A DNA stretch of 64,000 nucleotides, from positions 64,242 to 128,241 of the IMG/VR virus record IMGVR_UViG_2974640449_000001. The stretch is one strand, 5' to 3'. Both the position numbers and the translations under genes were made by a program. The notes under the pieces are model-generated. The model was not told where the DNA came from. It saw only the letters and a program-made list of their open reading frames with translations, and ran no database searches. This document shows, in pieces, positions 16,438 through 25,786 of this stretch (position 1 is the first letter of the stretch; each line of letters begins with the position of its first letter). This DNA comes from a virus (Duplodnaviria; Heunggongvirae; Uroviricota; Caudoviricetes; Demerecviridae).

Positions 16438-16514
16438 GGGTTGTATGCTGAAGTGGACGAAGCGCGGGATTGCAAACCCCGTCTTACTCGGTTCGAGTCC
16501 GAGACTTCCCTCCA
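16438..16514 (+). tRNA. putative tRNA-Cys (GCA), atypical
   Basis: Anticodon arm CGGGA-TTGCAAA-CCCCG, T arm CTCGG-TTCGAGT-CCGAG, CCA. Acceptor GGGTTGT/ACTTCCC has two T-T mismatches. Confidence 0.45.
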
Positions 16515-16520
16515 AACAAT

Positions 16521-16598
16521 GGTGTTAGTAGCTCAAATGGATAGAGCCCCTGCTTGTGACGCAGGAGGTTGCGGGATCGTACCCCGTCTAACACCCCA
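16521..16598 (+). tRNA. tRNA-His (GTG) with an encoded G-1
   Basis: G-1 paired to C73, TAGCTCAAATGGATAGAGC D arm, anticodon arm CCTGC-TTGTGAC-GCAGG, CCA. Confidence 0.8.
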
Positions 16599-16606
16599 AA
16601 TTTAAG

Positions 16607-16810
16607 GTGATAGTAGTGATTAAGAAAATCATTCGTCGTAATAAACAAAAATTTACTGCAATCTTCAAAGAAGGTCGCAGAATGTTCCCGAAAGGTGAGT
16701 TCAACAATGTAACTTACCTAGGACAGTCCAACGGTATGAATCTATTTCGTGCTGATGAAGGCTTTGCTTACAAAGGCATGACTTTCTGTAACGAAGCGAC
16801 TTGGTCTTAA
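16607..16810 (+). CDS. hypothetical protein (67 aa), GTG start
   Basis: ORF between tRNA-His and tRNA-Arg; RBS AAGG. Confidence 0.35.
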   Translation: MIVVIKKIIRRNKQKFTAIFKEGRRMFPKGEFNNVTYLGQSNGMNLFRADEGFAYKGMTFCNEATWS

Positions 16811-16820
16811 ACAAATTAAT

Positions 16821-16897
16821 GCGCCCTTAGCTCAGCTGGATAGAGCACGTCCCTTCTAAGGATGTGGTCGTAGGTTCGAATCCTACAGGGCGTGCCA
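16821..16897 (+). tRNA. tRNA-Arg (TCT)
   Basis: GCGCCCT/AGGGCGT acceptor, TAGCTCAGCTGGATAGAGC D arm, loop CTTCTAA, T arm GTAGG-TTCGAAT-CCTAC, CCA. Confidence 0.8.
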
Positions 16898-16916
16898 TTT
16901 TCTATTGGAGAAGATA

Positions 16917-17081
16917 ATGTTCACACTAGGCGTAATATGGCTTATTTTTCAAGGTATAACTTGTACTGCTCTAGCTGATTGTAAAAGTGAAGACATGTGT
17001 AATAAAATTATGTGGATGCCAACGATAGTACGTTGGATTATCTTTACTGTCCCGTCCTTAGTCGTATGGGCTAATAAATAA
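16917..17081 (+). CDS. small membrane protein (54 aa); not in ORF track
   Basis: RBS ATTGGAGAAGATAATG; MFTLGVIWLIFQGITCTALADC... Confidence 0.3.
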   Translation: MFTLGVIWLIFQGITCTALADCKSEDMCNKIMWMPTIVRWIIFTVPSLVVWANK

Positions 17082-17092
17082 CGGAGAAGATT

Positions 17093-17422
17093 ATGTTTAC
17101 TAGAGAACAAAAATACGTTGTAATATCTCTTAGAGATATTCGTGAAGGACTAGATGAAGGTCAAAAAATGGCTTTAGCTGGTCTACTATCAAAGATGGAA
17201 AACCATCGTAAAGCTCGTGGCAGAGAGCCAATTGAAGCAGTAGTTATTGACAAAAACACTCTAGGTGAACTACCGTATGAGGACGGTTTCAAAATTGTTG
17301 AATCAGCAGTACATGCAAAACATCAACGAAACTGCGAACATACATATAAACGTGACATTGCAGTTATGGGTGGTCTAGACGTACTAACCTGTACCAAATG
17401 TGGTCACGTAGAACTTGAATAA
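17093..17422 (+). CDS. hypothetical protein with C-terminal zinc ribbon (C..H..C..C)
   Basis: 109 aa; RBS GGAGAAGATTATG. Confidence 0.45.
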   Translation: MFTREQKYVVISLRDIREGLDEGQKMALAGLLSKMENHRKARGREPIEAVVIDKNTLGELPYEDGFKIVESAVHAKHQRNCEHTYKRDIAVMGGLDVLTCTKCGHVELE

Positions 17423-17427
17423 ACAAC

Positions 17428-17514
17428 GCTGGCGTGGTGGAATTGGTAATACACGTGGGGCTTAAAACCCCATGCCCTAGAGGATTGAGAGTTCGAGTCT
17501 CTCCGCCAGTACCA
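17428..17514 (+). tRNA. tRNA-Leu (TAA), type II
   Basis: GCTGGCG/CGCCAGT acceptor, anticodon arm TGGGG-CTTAAAA-CCCCA, long variable arm, T arm GAGAG-TTCGAGT-CTCTC, CCA. Confidence 0.75.
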
Positions 17515-17532
17515 AATTCCTAAAAACTTGAA

Positions 17533-17561
17533 TTGCGAAGTAGGTCAATCTCAAGTATAAT
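17533..17561 (+). promoter_or_regulatory. early promoter TTGCGA-17-TATAAT
   Basis: aaTTGCGAagtaggtcaatctcaagTATAATatatacataaattgaag. Confidence 0.5.
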
Positions 17562-17591
17562 ATATACATAAATTGAAGAAGGAAACAGAAT

Positions 17592-18218
17592 ATGCAAATT
17601 ACAGTAACTAAAGCACTTACTGAAATCAAAAAACTAGACAAACAAATCGCTAAACATACCCAACGTGGTCAGTTTATCCTAACCGCAACTCGCGGTCGTG
17701 TAGCAGGTTTCGCTTCTGTTGAAGAAGCTGGCAAAACTGTTAAGAGTAACTTTGACAAAATTCAAGCTCTGATGAAGCGTCGCGCTAACATCAAGGCAAA
17801 AGTTACAGCATCTAACGCTGCGACTAAGCTAACAATCGCTGGTAGCGAAATGACAGTAGCGGAAGCAATTGAACGCAAAGACTCAATCGAGATGGAAGAA
17901 AACCTTCTTCAAGTAATGAAGAACCAGTTCAACCAAGCTGTTAATAAACAGGTTCGTCACGAATCTCAAGTTCAAGACGAAATCGACCGTAAGGTTGAGC
18001 AAGTCTTCGGTAACGCTAAGAAAATCGACACTAACGATGGTACTTACAAGGCTATCCGTGAGCAAGTCGAAGCAGCTAACAAGTTTGAGCTTGTTGACAC
18101 TAACAAGCTAGCGGATCAAATCGAGCAGTTGGAAGACCGCATCGACGACTTCCGTGCTAACGTTGACGTAGAGTTGTCCGTTTCTAACGCGACTACCAAC
18201 ATCGAAATCGACGATTAA
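17592..18218 (+). CDS. hypothetical acidic coiled-coil protein
   Basis: 208 aa, strong RBS GAAGGAAACAGAATATG. Confidence 0.5.
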   Translation: MQITVTKALTEIKKLDKQIAKHTQRGQFILTATRGRVAGFASVEEAGKTVKSNFDKIQALMKRRANIKAKVTASNAATKLTIAGSEMTVAEAIERKDSIEMEENLLQVMKNQFNQAVNKQVRHESQVQDEIDRKVEQVFGNAKKIDTNDGTYKAIREQVEAANKFELVDTNKLADQIEQLEDRIDDFRANVDVELSVSNATTNIEIDD

Positions 18219-18536
18219 TAAATTTTCTAGGGGTTGGTGAAAAGAAGTAACTAGCTCACTCTTCCAAAGCGGTAGGGAGTATAAACAATACCGCTTACCA
18301 AACTAACTAATCGACATAGTATGATAAATGTTTTCGGGCTTTGCCGCTCTAAATCATTTCCTTAGTAAAAGTTCAGCTTTTAGCGTTCAAGATTTAAGTG
18401 TTAGTTTTTAAGTTTTAAGTATTACGCCTTACACGCTTATGCTTTATACGCTTATCAAATCCCTGAGTAGTTTAGTGAGTGATGAGGCTATTGACTCCAT
18501 TCTTTGTACAGGGCTGCCAATTCCTAGAACCCATTC

Positions 18537-18567
18537 AGCCCCTTAGCTATCAGCGAGGGGCTTTTTC
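18537..18567 (+). terminator. rho-independent terminator
   Basis: AGCCCCT-tagctatcagcg-AGGGGCT followed by TTTTT. Confidence 0.6.
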
Positions 18568-18581
18568 GTAGGTGTCAATTT

Positions 18582-18848
18582 ATGACAAAAATTATTAATA
18601 TAAAGAATGAAGATTGTGATGTGTATATCGGTAGAGGCTCTCCATTAGGTAATCCCTTTTCTCGTGCCACATTTGGGAGATTAAAAGCAATCGAACTGTA
18701 TCATGAACATTACTTACCAGCCATGAGAAAGCAAGGAAGAATTACGGACGATTACTTACGTTCTCTAAAAGGTAAAAGACTAGGATGCCATTGCAAGCCA
18801 CAACCTTGTCATGGAGATAAGCTAGTAGAGATTATAAATAATGTTTAA
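18582..18848 (+). CDS. conserved Cys/His protein (DUF4326-like: YIGRG..GNPF...CHC..C.GD)
   Basis: 88 aa; DVYIGRGSPLGNPF and CHCKPQPCHGD. Confidence 0.5.
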   Translation: MTKIINIKNEDCDVYIGRGSPLGNPFSRATFGRLKAIELYHEHYLPAMRKQGRITDDYLRSLKGKRLGCHCKPQPCHGDKLVEIINNV

Positions 18849-19212
18849 CCCATACGTAATCATTGGTGTACTTTCTGTATCGCTAGCTGGCGCAGGGTAT
18901 TTTGGGTATTACCAAACCAAACAGTTAGGTGCAGCCGAGGTAAAGCTAGACGCTGCCAATCTAGAAATTAAGAATAAAGAAGCTACCATTACACAGCTTC
19001 AAATCGAAAATGGAAAAATTATTGAAAAAGCTCAATGGTATCAGGCTGATGTTCAGCGTGTACAGCTTGAGAAAGATAAAATAAAAGAAAAAGCCATTAA
19101 AGACTTAGGTAGGGTCGAGAAGATCGCTAAAAGAAAGTCAAAATTATATGAAAAATTAATTAATAAAGATTATAAGAATACACAACGTCAATTGGAGGAG
19201 CTAACTCAATGA
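18841..19212 (+). CDS. putative i-spanin (N-terminal TM helix plus periplasmic coiled coil)
   Basis: MFNPYVIIGVLSVSLAGAGYFGYY TM segment, then an E/K/Q-rich coiled coil; 123 aa. Confidence 0.45.
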   Translation: MFNPYVIIGVLSVSLAGAGYFGYYQTKQLGAAEVKLDAANLEIKNKEATITQLQIENGKIIEKAQWYQADVQRVQLEKDKIKEKAIKDLGRVEKIAKRKSKLYEKLINKDYKNTQRQLEELTQ

Positions 19213-19499
19213 GATATTTAGCTACTCTTCTATTGCTAGTTGGCTGCGTATCTGTAGAACCAAAACCTGATGATGTTGCTCTACAGACATATAAACCTAC
19301 CAAACCATCACCAGTACAAACCTATAATGTAGACTGGAAGGTAGATGCTAATGGTAATGTGTATCTTTCTAGTGAAGACGGTGTTAAAGTAAATGCCGAA
19401 AGAAAAGATACTCTAAGATATATTAAAGACATGCAAAATCTTGTATGTTACTACGAAGACTCATACTCATTCTGTAAGGAGAATATTAATGAAAAATAA
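19209..19499 (+). CDS. putative o-spanin lipoprotein
   Basis: Signal peptide with lipobox LLLVGC; 96 aa; translationally coupled to the preceding TM/coiled-coil gene. Confidence 0.45.
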   Translation: MRYLATLLLLVGCVSVEPKPDDVALQTYKPTKPSPVQTYNVDWKVDANGNVYLSSEDGVKVNAERKDTLRYIKDMQNLVCYYEDSYSFCKENINEK

Positions 19500-20136
19500 A
19501 TGCACCGCTGGCTTTGCTCGTTCAGGAAAAGATACTTTTGCAGGATTTCTAGCAGATAAGCTAAACATGGATACATATGCTCTAGCACAACCTATTAAAG
19601 ACATTATGTGCGCTCTATTTGGTTGGGGTGACGAGCATCGTGACGGTTCTTATAAAGAAATAGAAATGCTATATTCAATCTCCCCAGAAACCCTTGATCA
19701 AGCTGGTATTCTATATAACCAATATGGATTAGACAACTATGAAGCATTCCATGACTGCTGGGATAAACTTGTAATTCTCTTCGGTATAGAAATCAGAGAA
19801 GATGATCTAGGTTACTGTGTAATAAGTCCTAGACGTGCATTCCAACTATTTGGTACAGAGTGGGGCAGAACCATCCATGATGATATTTGGCTAGAGATTG
19901 CTCCTAAAGAAAATACTATAATTACTGATGTTCGTTTCGACAATGAAGCTAAATATTTCAATGCGCTAGGTGCTGAAATAATTCATATTGAACGTCCTGG
20001 ATTCAGACCAGTAACAAACGGACATGCTAGTGAAGCTGGTGTATCCTACGAGCTTGTAGACTTCTTTATTGTTAATGATAAAGGACTAAAAGAGTTACAA
20101 GAAGCTGCCAATGAAGTAGCTAAGGCAGTGAAATAA
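19489..20136 (+). CDS. dnk: deoxynucleoside monophosphate kinase
   Basis: GFARSGKDT P-loop resembles T4 gp1 (VKRSGKDT). Start at ATG 19489 behind AAGGAGA. Confidence 0.65.
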   Translation: MKNKCTAGFARSGKDTFAGFLADKLNMDTYALAQPIKDIMCALFGWGDEHRDGSYKEIEMLYSISPETLDQAGILYNQYGLDNYEAFHDCWDKLVILFGIEIREDDLGYCVISPRRAFQLFGTEWGRTIHDDIWLEIAPKENTIITDVRFDNEAKYFNALGAEIIHIERPGFRPVTNGHASEAGVSYELVDFFIVNDKGLKELQEAANEVAKAVK

Positions 20137-20144
20137 ATAAGTTT

Positions 20145-20176
20145 AAGCCCTTGCAGAGATGCAGGGGCTTTTTTGT
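20145..20176 (+). terminator. rho-independent terminator
   Basis: AAGCCCTTGCA-gaga-TGCAGGGGCTT followed by TTTTTT. Confidence 0.7.
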
Positions 20177-20220
20177 ATCTGAATAAAATGATCTTCATGT
20201 AACATCTATTAAACATTTCT

Positions 20221-20249
20221 TTACATTTTTGTAAAATTCTCCTATAATA
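20221..20249 (+). promoter_or_regulatory. sigma70-like promoter TTACAT-17-TATAAT
   Basis: tTTACATttttgtaaaattctccTATAATattaac. Confidence 0.45.
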
Positions 20250-20291
20250 TTAACAAATGTTGAACAAATATTTATAAGGAGAAAGAAATAA

Positions 20292-20627
20292 ATGGCATAT
20301 CAAATTTTTACAAGTGACAAGAAAGGTATTGGGGAGATCATCGAACTACCTATCTCCCCAGAGTACGCTCACTGTTTTGCAGGAGTTCGATACTTCGATT
20401 CTAACGATAATCAAATAGTTCCTACATCTGGCTCAGTAAATATTAAAGCCAGACACCTAACTAATAATAACTATGATGACGTAGTTAATGCGGATCTAGA
20501 TGCATCAGAAGCAGGGGCGGAAGCAGAGTGGGGTGGTAATGTTACCTCAGTAAAAGCAACACCTTCTAGTCTTGCCGGAACAGATCTTGCTACATATCAA
20601 GTAGTAGTTGTTCAAAACTTAAGTTAA
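20292..20627 (+). CDS. hypothetical protein (111 aa)
   Basis: RBS AAGGAGAAAGAAATAAATG; first gene of the operon holding the two large proteins. Confidence 0.45.
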   Translation: MAYQIFTSDKKGIGEIIELPISPEYAHCFAGVRYFDSNDNQIVPTSGSVNIKARHLTNNNYDDVVNADLDASEAGAEAEWGGNVTSVKATPSSLAGTDLATYQVVVVQNLS

Positions 20628-20637
20628 GGAGAATAAT

Positions 20638-23151
20638 ATGGGATTTGGCCCAGCCTATGGTACTGGTAGGGGCGGTGGAGCAGTAGACATCTTTACTAAA
20701 AAGGATGGGAACCCTGCCATTTTCGCCAATACTGGTGCTAGAGACACATACTTTACAACAAACCCTGATGAATTAGCTAAAGTAAAATCATCAGGTAATG
20801 CAGTAGCAATAGGTACTACTGATCAAATAACAGCTGCCTATGTATATAAAAATAATGCATGGCAAGCAATTGCAACCAACTTCAAGGGCGACAAAGGTGC
20901 TCCAGGTGCTCCAGGAGATGGGATTGATTACAGTCACCTAGAGGACAATCAATTACCTAAGTGGGATTCAAAAGCAAAAATGTTTGTTAGCTCAGGCATA
21001 CTTTCCCAAGAAGATGGTGAAATAAGAATGGCACCTAACTCCTTGACCTTTGGGCACCACAAAATGTCCTCTGCTATAGCAGATGTTACCTTCACTAACC
21101 TAGGCACAAACGAAAACTACTCGTTTGTTTATCAGACAATGAACCCTGGCGATAAGGATGCTTACATACGTGAAATAGATAGCAATATAGAAGAGATCGT
21201 AAGGGTACCTGTGGGGACAGATGATGTTGTGAACCCATCAAATACAGTTACAGTAGATGTTGATGAAATATTCCTAGGCGGTACTTTTATACTATCACAA
21301 GATACACAAGATGTGTTAATGGAGGTATATAATTTTGATAATCCTACTCAACTTATTTGGAGAGATAACTTAGGTGATATGCCTTCAGGAGAAAACACAG
21401 TTACCTTCGATACACCATTTAAATGTAGAGCTGGTTTTAAGTATATTATCCACCTACTAAGTAAGGCAGGTGACTTAGTAGCAAAAGGTTCCGGTAGCTC
21501 TTTCAGTTGGAAGATCAACCGTGCGAAAATGTACATTAAAAAAGTTGCCTCTCAAGATTGGGTAAATGAACAGCCGTTTATTGATGACGTTACTTTAACC
21601 GGTAACATGTTTACCTTTACTATGGCGAATGGGGCAACTAAATCTGTTACTTTACCTCCAGCTACAGGTGGTGTCGCATCACCTTACGACTTTACTAGCT
21701 TTAATTCTGATAAAACTCCTGTTCTATCAGAGGTTGCGAATAGTACCCCAGTATACCACTTTAATGGTCTAGCAGATTCTACCTTTACGTTACCATCTAC
21801 GGACATTTTACCGCCTAATAAAAACATCGCCCTACTAATTAGAAATGCAAGCCCCAATAACTCTTCCCTAAGTGTAGTGTCTAGTGGGACTGATTTTATA
21901 GATAGAGCAAACATTCGTACACTAAATATACCGCAAGGTATGCTGGCCATGTTTATAAGTGATTATACTAGAGACCTATGGCACATGGTACCTCTTGATT
22001 CAGCTAGTAGTGGACAGAATCTAAATACTAATCAAATAGTTAAGAGCATACAACCAACAGCAAGTGGTAATGGTCTAGTTACTACATACTACGACGACAC
22101 AAGTATAACTACCACATTCGATCCTTGGGTTTCGGATATTAATAAACTTAACGACGCTGTAGATACGCTACAAAGACAACTTAAATCTAAGACTAGATAC
22201 TATGTGTATAAGGGAAGTAACACCCCACCACCAGATATCCCAACTGGAGCTAGGGGCGGGTACTACTTTACCTTTACAGGTACTTCAGCTGATGTAGTAT
22301 TACCAGCACCAAGCAGAACAGCGGCAATAGCTGATGGTACAATCCTGTTTGTTGATAACAACAGTACAAGCTATAAAGTGACTGTAACAACCTCAGGGTC
22401 TGATACTATTGCAGGTGGTACCAAGGTAGATCTACCAGCTGAATCAGCAGCCTGGTACGTTCGTAACGGAAATAACTGGCAAGAACTGTACTCAGGTTAC
22501 TTACCAGAATCGCATAAAAAGCTAATAGACGAGATAAAAACTCTAATATCAGCAAGTAATACTTTTATGCGAGATGTTGGTGTACAAGGTGATGATCCTA
22601 ACGCAGGTAAAGTAGAGTGTACAGAACTAGAGTTTCATAAGTGTAAGGTAACTCAAGATACCACAGTGCCTACTAAAGGTATTGTTAAGTTTGAAGGTAC
22701 TACGTTTGTAAACCCAGACGGTTCAAAAATAACCACAGATGTTATTAAATTGGTAGGGATGGAATTGGTTGATCCATTAGATGGTACACCACCTAAACTA
22801 TTACTACATGGTAGTGGTAACTTACCTACGCCACACCCAACTAGTGGTTACGGTTTCTTTAGTGATTCTGCATCTACACCTGATACTGTTAACTTAAATA
22901 GTCTTCCAGTATTTAGAAATGGTAGAGTAAGTATACATAAAGATACAACTGATCCACAATACGCATATATCCTACTACCACCAGGTGAAGGTACTGATGC
23001 TGACCGAATTGGTGAGCTAGGTGGACTTCCTTCTTACTGGGCTAAGAGTGAGAAAATCTATAATATTGGTGGCGTATCAAGAACATATACAGTGTTCCGT
23101 TCCCCTTATCCATTTAAGGAGCAGGATGTAACACTAATAATTTACCATTAA
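20638..23151 (+). CDS. large (837 aa) Ser/Thr/Gly/Asn-rich protein with collagen-like GDKGAPGAPGDG segment; putative fibre / host-interaction protein
   Basis: RBS TAAGGAGAATAATATG; Gly-X-Y triplets at aa 84-95; beta-rich, low-complexity composition typical of tail fibres. Confidence 0.55.
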   Translation: MGFGPAYGTGRGGGAVDIFTKKDGNPAIFANTGARDTYFTTNPDELAKVKSSGNAVAIGTTDQITAAYVYKNNAWQAIATNFKGDKGAPGAPGDGIDYSHLEDNQLPKWDSKAKMFVSSGILSQEDGEIRMAPNSLTFGHHKMSSAIADVTFTNLGTNENYSFVYQTMNPGDKDAYIREIDSNIEEIVRVPVGTDDVVNPSNTVTVDVDEIFLGGTFILSQDTQDVLMEVYNFDNPTQLIWRDNLGDMPSGENTVTFDTPFKCRAGFKYIIHLLSKAGDLVAKGSGSSFSWKINRAKMYIKKVASQDWVNEQPFIDDVTLTGNMFTFTMANGATKSVTLPPATGGVASPYDFTSFNSDKTPVLSEVANSTPVYHFNGLADSTFTLPSTDILPPNKNIALLIRNASPNNSSLSVVSSGTDFIDRANIRTLNIPQGMLAMFISDYTRDLWHMVPLDSASSGQNLNTNQIVKSIQPTASGNGLVTTYYDDTSITTTFDPWVSDINKLNDAVDTLQRQLKSKTRYYVYKGSNTPPPDIPTGARGGYYFTFTGTSADVVLPAPSRTAAIADGTILFVDNNSTSYKVTVTTSGSDTIAGGTKVDLPAESAAWYVRNGNNWQELYSGYLPESHKKLIDEIKTLISASNTFMRDVGVQGDDPNAGKVECTELEFHKCKVTQDTTVPTKGIVKFEGTTFVNPDGSKITTDVIKLVGMELVDPLDGTPPKLLLHGSGNLPTPHPTSGYGFFSDSASTPDTVNLNSLPVFRNGRVSIHKDTTDPQYAYILLPPGEGTDADRIGELGGLPSYWAKSEKIYNIGGVSRTYTVFRSPYPFKEQDVTLIIYH

Positions 23152-23164
23152 GGAGTGAGTAAAT

Positions 23165-25729
23165 ATGACAAAAATAACAGTTGGTACTCCAGTTACAGCA
23201 CCTCTTACACCAGGTCGTGATGATACCAATGTTTGGCCAACACATTTAGCCAAGTATGGTGCTGGTGGTCTGGAAGTAGTAGAAACTACCAGCGATAGAG
23301 ACGCCATTTCTGATGAAAGAAAGGTAGACAAAGCTGTACTAGTACGTTCAGATGATGGAGGGCTACCTGCCCTCTATGAATGGTCTTCAGGTGGCTGGAA
23401 TAAAGTAGATATCGGAGATTTCTCCGGTATGACAATCACAGATGGAGCTAATGTCTTCAATGACATATTAGAAATAAAACTAGCTAATATAACAGCTAAT
23501 CAGTATCCAAACGACTCAGTTGACTCTGTGACACTAACAGCACAAGGTTCTCTAGATTGGGCTACAATGGGTGATCCTTCCTCTGGTAGTAGAGCAACAT
23601 CAGTATTAGTAGAGCCGCCTCTACAAACATACCCAGACCCAGATAATACAGGGGTTACTCGTCTCAGAGTGAAGGAAGGTTCCTATGAGCCTATGAAAGC
23701 TCCAGGATACTTAGCTTATGTCGACTTCCCTGAAAAAGTCATTGGTAAGCTGGGCTACCATACTCTAGGTCACTATGATAGTGCTATTTGGCCTACTGAT
23801 GTTGTAGTATCAGGTGGTGGCCTAATCCCGACTATAGCAAACAAAAAATATATCGGATTGCAAGAGTATGACGGGAAAGATCCTAGTAAGACAGGTGGCA
23901 CAGACTTTTTAGTAGCTTTCCGAGTTGCTTTTAAGGGTCACGCTGTAAACGCAGGTAAAATTAAAGCTTACCTAGCTAAGCAACCTGCACCTGGTACTTC
24001 CGCTTCCGCTGATTACCTAAGAGATGTAAACGGTGAGTTACTAGTTCGAGAAGTTAACTATAAAACCGGAGATGAGTACGGTTATATAGAGGTACTTGGT
24101 ATTGTTAATGCCAAAGGCCTTACTAACATGTCTATGCATGTAGAGCATAACTTCAGCGACAGTTTACTTATCGAGGAACGAGCTGTAGGTTTGTCCGGTG
24201 TAATGGTACAAGCCCTAGAATCTACATCTAAAACCGGTGCTGCTCTAATGCAGTATGAAGTAGATACTAAGCAAAACATCGAGTTTAATAAGATCTATTA
24301 TGGTGATAGTATTATGGATTTCAACTGGGAAGCTACTCATGGCCTACCAATGGAAGAAATCCAAGCGGGCGTAGGAGCAAACCTTCCGGATGGTTTCCAC
24401 TTTAAAAACCTGTCAAACATTCACATCGGTAGTGAAAATGGCCACATCTATATACATGATGCTGGTACAGTGTGTGACTTCAGTCTAGGTAAAATCTTTA
24501 ATGCCTTCGATACTAGAGCACTGCACGGTAAAGAAATCAACGTTAAAGCTACGATTATAGACAAAGATGCACCATTTACTATCGGCGTAGTTAAATGGAC
24601 AGGAAAACCAGATCAATACACTAATAACATTTTCTCTAGCAGAAACAATGCGGCAGTAGTATTTGACTCTGGTTGGGAACTAGTAGGTTCATTATTCTTC
24701 CCTTCGGATGCTGTAACAGGTGACCATACCCTAACTAAGAAGTTTACAGTACCTTCGGATGCTAAGAACTTTGCGGTTATTATTTACCCTGGTGTACCTA
24801 ATTCTCCACTTACACTGAAAATTAAAGACTTCGATGTTGATGTGGTTAACCCTTTCTATGGATACGAAATGTATGTGGCCGGAAAGCTTAATGAACTACA
24901 CCTAGAAGAAGACACTGAGTTTGCTCATTTCAGTCAAGCTAATGAGAATTATGTATCTCTTCGCTATACAATAGGTAAGTCAGCAGACGGTGACCCAATG
25001 CCTGTAGGTGTTTTGAGAAAGGGTAAAGCTGATATTACATTAGACCCATCAATTAATAAAATTGTTGGTTCAGCTGCTACAAGTGGTGAAGGTGGTCTTA
25101 AGTTCGGAAAAGATGGTAAAGCTATTGTTAATACCACTTTATGGATTCACTCAGAGCAACCTGACAAAACCTCATCAGATGTTACGTTCTGGTATGAGCT
25201 GGTTAACTCTAATGGTATAGCTACTAAAATTGTACCGTCAGAAACTACCTTTAAGGTTAGTGGTAATTCTTCAGGGGATTACTCAATGAAAGAGTTTTCA
25301 CTTGATGTAATAACTGGCGATAGAATCATTCTTAAAGCTTCTGCTGATAAGGATGACGGTGCATTTATTCAATCCAATTCACCTGCCCATCCGCTGGTTG
25401 ATATTGAGATTAGAATTGATGAGCTAACAGCCTTTGCTAATGACGATCCATTTACAGGTATAGAGCTAGATCAATTTGATAAAGTATATACCGGAGTACT
25501 TACAGCTACTAAGTATGTATCACATACTGACTCAGCTACATTCCGTATTGAAGTACCAGATGATATGAATGTATCAGTACTAGAAGCTATTAAGAAGCTT
25601 GATGATGGTACAGTAACAACAGTGAAAAGCCTAGATTGGTCTTACAACTTGAAATCCCAAATGCTAACAGTATATTTTGGTGAAGTTGTAGAAGAATGTG
25701 CGATTACTCTAGGTATTTATACAGCATAA
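23165..25729 (+). CDS. large (854 aa) putative fibre / host-interaction protein
   Basis: RBS TAAGGAGTGAGTAAATATG; S/T/G/N/D-rich repetitive beta-type composition; co-operonic with the 837-aa protein. Confidence 0.55.
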   Translation: MTKITVGTPVTAPLTPGRDDTNVWPTHLAKYGAGGLEVVETTSDRDAISDERKVDKAVLVRSDDGGLPALYEWSSGGWNKVDIGDFSGMTITDGANVFNDILEIKLANITANQYPNDSVDSVTLTAQGSLDWATMGDPSSGSRATSVLVEPPLQTYPDPDNTGVTRLRVKEGSYEPMKAPGYLAYVDFPEKVIGKLGYHTLGHYDSAIWPTDVVVSGGGLIPTIANKKYIGLQEYDGKDPSKTGGTDFLVAFRVAFKGHAVNAGKIKAYLAKQPAPGTSASADYLRDVNGELLVREVNYKTGDEYGYIEVLGIVNAKGLTNMSMHVEHNFSDSLLIEERAVGLSGVMVQALESTSKTGAALMQYEVDTKQNIEFNKIYYGDSIMDFNWEATHGLPMEEIQAGVGANLPDGFHFKNLSNIHIGSENGHIYIHDAGTVCDFSLGKIFNAFDTRALHGKEINVKATIIDKDAPFTIGVVKWTGKPDQYTNNIFSSRNNAAVVFDSGWELVGSLFFPSDAVTGDHTLTKKFTVPSDAKNFAVIIYPGVPNSPLTLKIKDFDVDVVNPFYGYEMYVAGKLNELHLEEDTEFAHFSQANENYVSLRYTIGKSADGDPMPVGVLRKGKADITLDPSINKIVGSAATSGEGGLKFGKDGKAIVNTTLWIHSEQPDKTSSDVTFWYELVNSNGIATKIVPSETTFKVSGNSSGDYSMKEFSLDVITGDRIILKASADKDDGAFIQSNSPAHPLVDIEIRIDELTAFANDDPFTGIELDQFDKVYTGVLTATKYVSHTDSATFRIEVPDDMNVSVLEAIKKLDDGTVTTVKSLDWSYNLKSQMLTVYFGEVVEECAITLGIYTA

Positions 25730-25786
25730 TATAGGGGCAATACAGCCCCTCTAACAGAGGGTATAACCCTATTATAGGTAAAAACT

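Noticed and set aside
25735-25772. Terminator after the second large fibre-like gene
   Set aside because: The GGGGCaatacaGCCCC hairpin is not followed by a T-run; it is uncertain and not listed.
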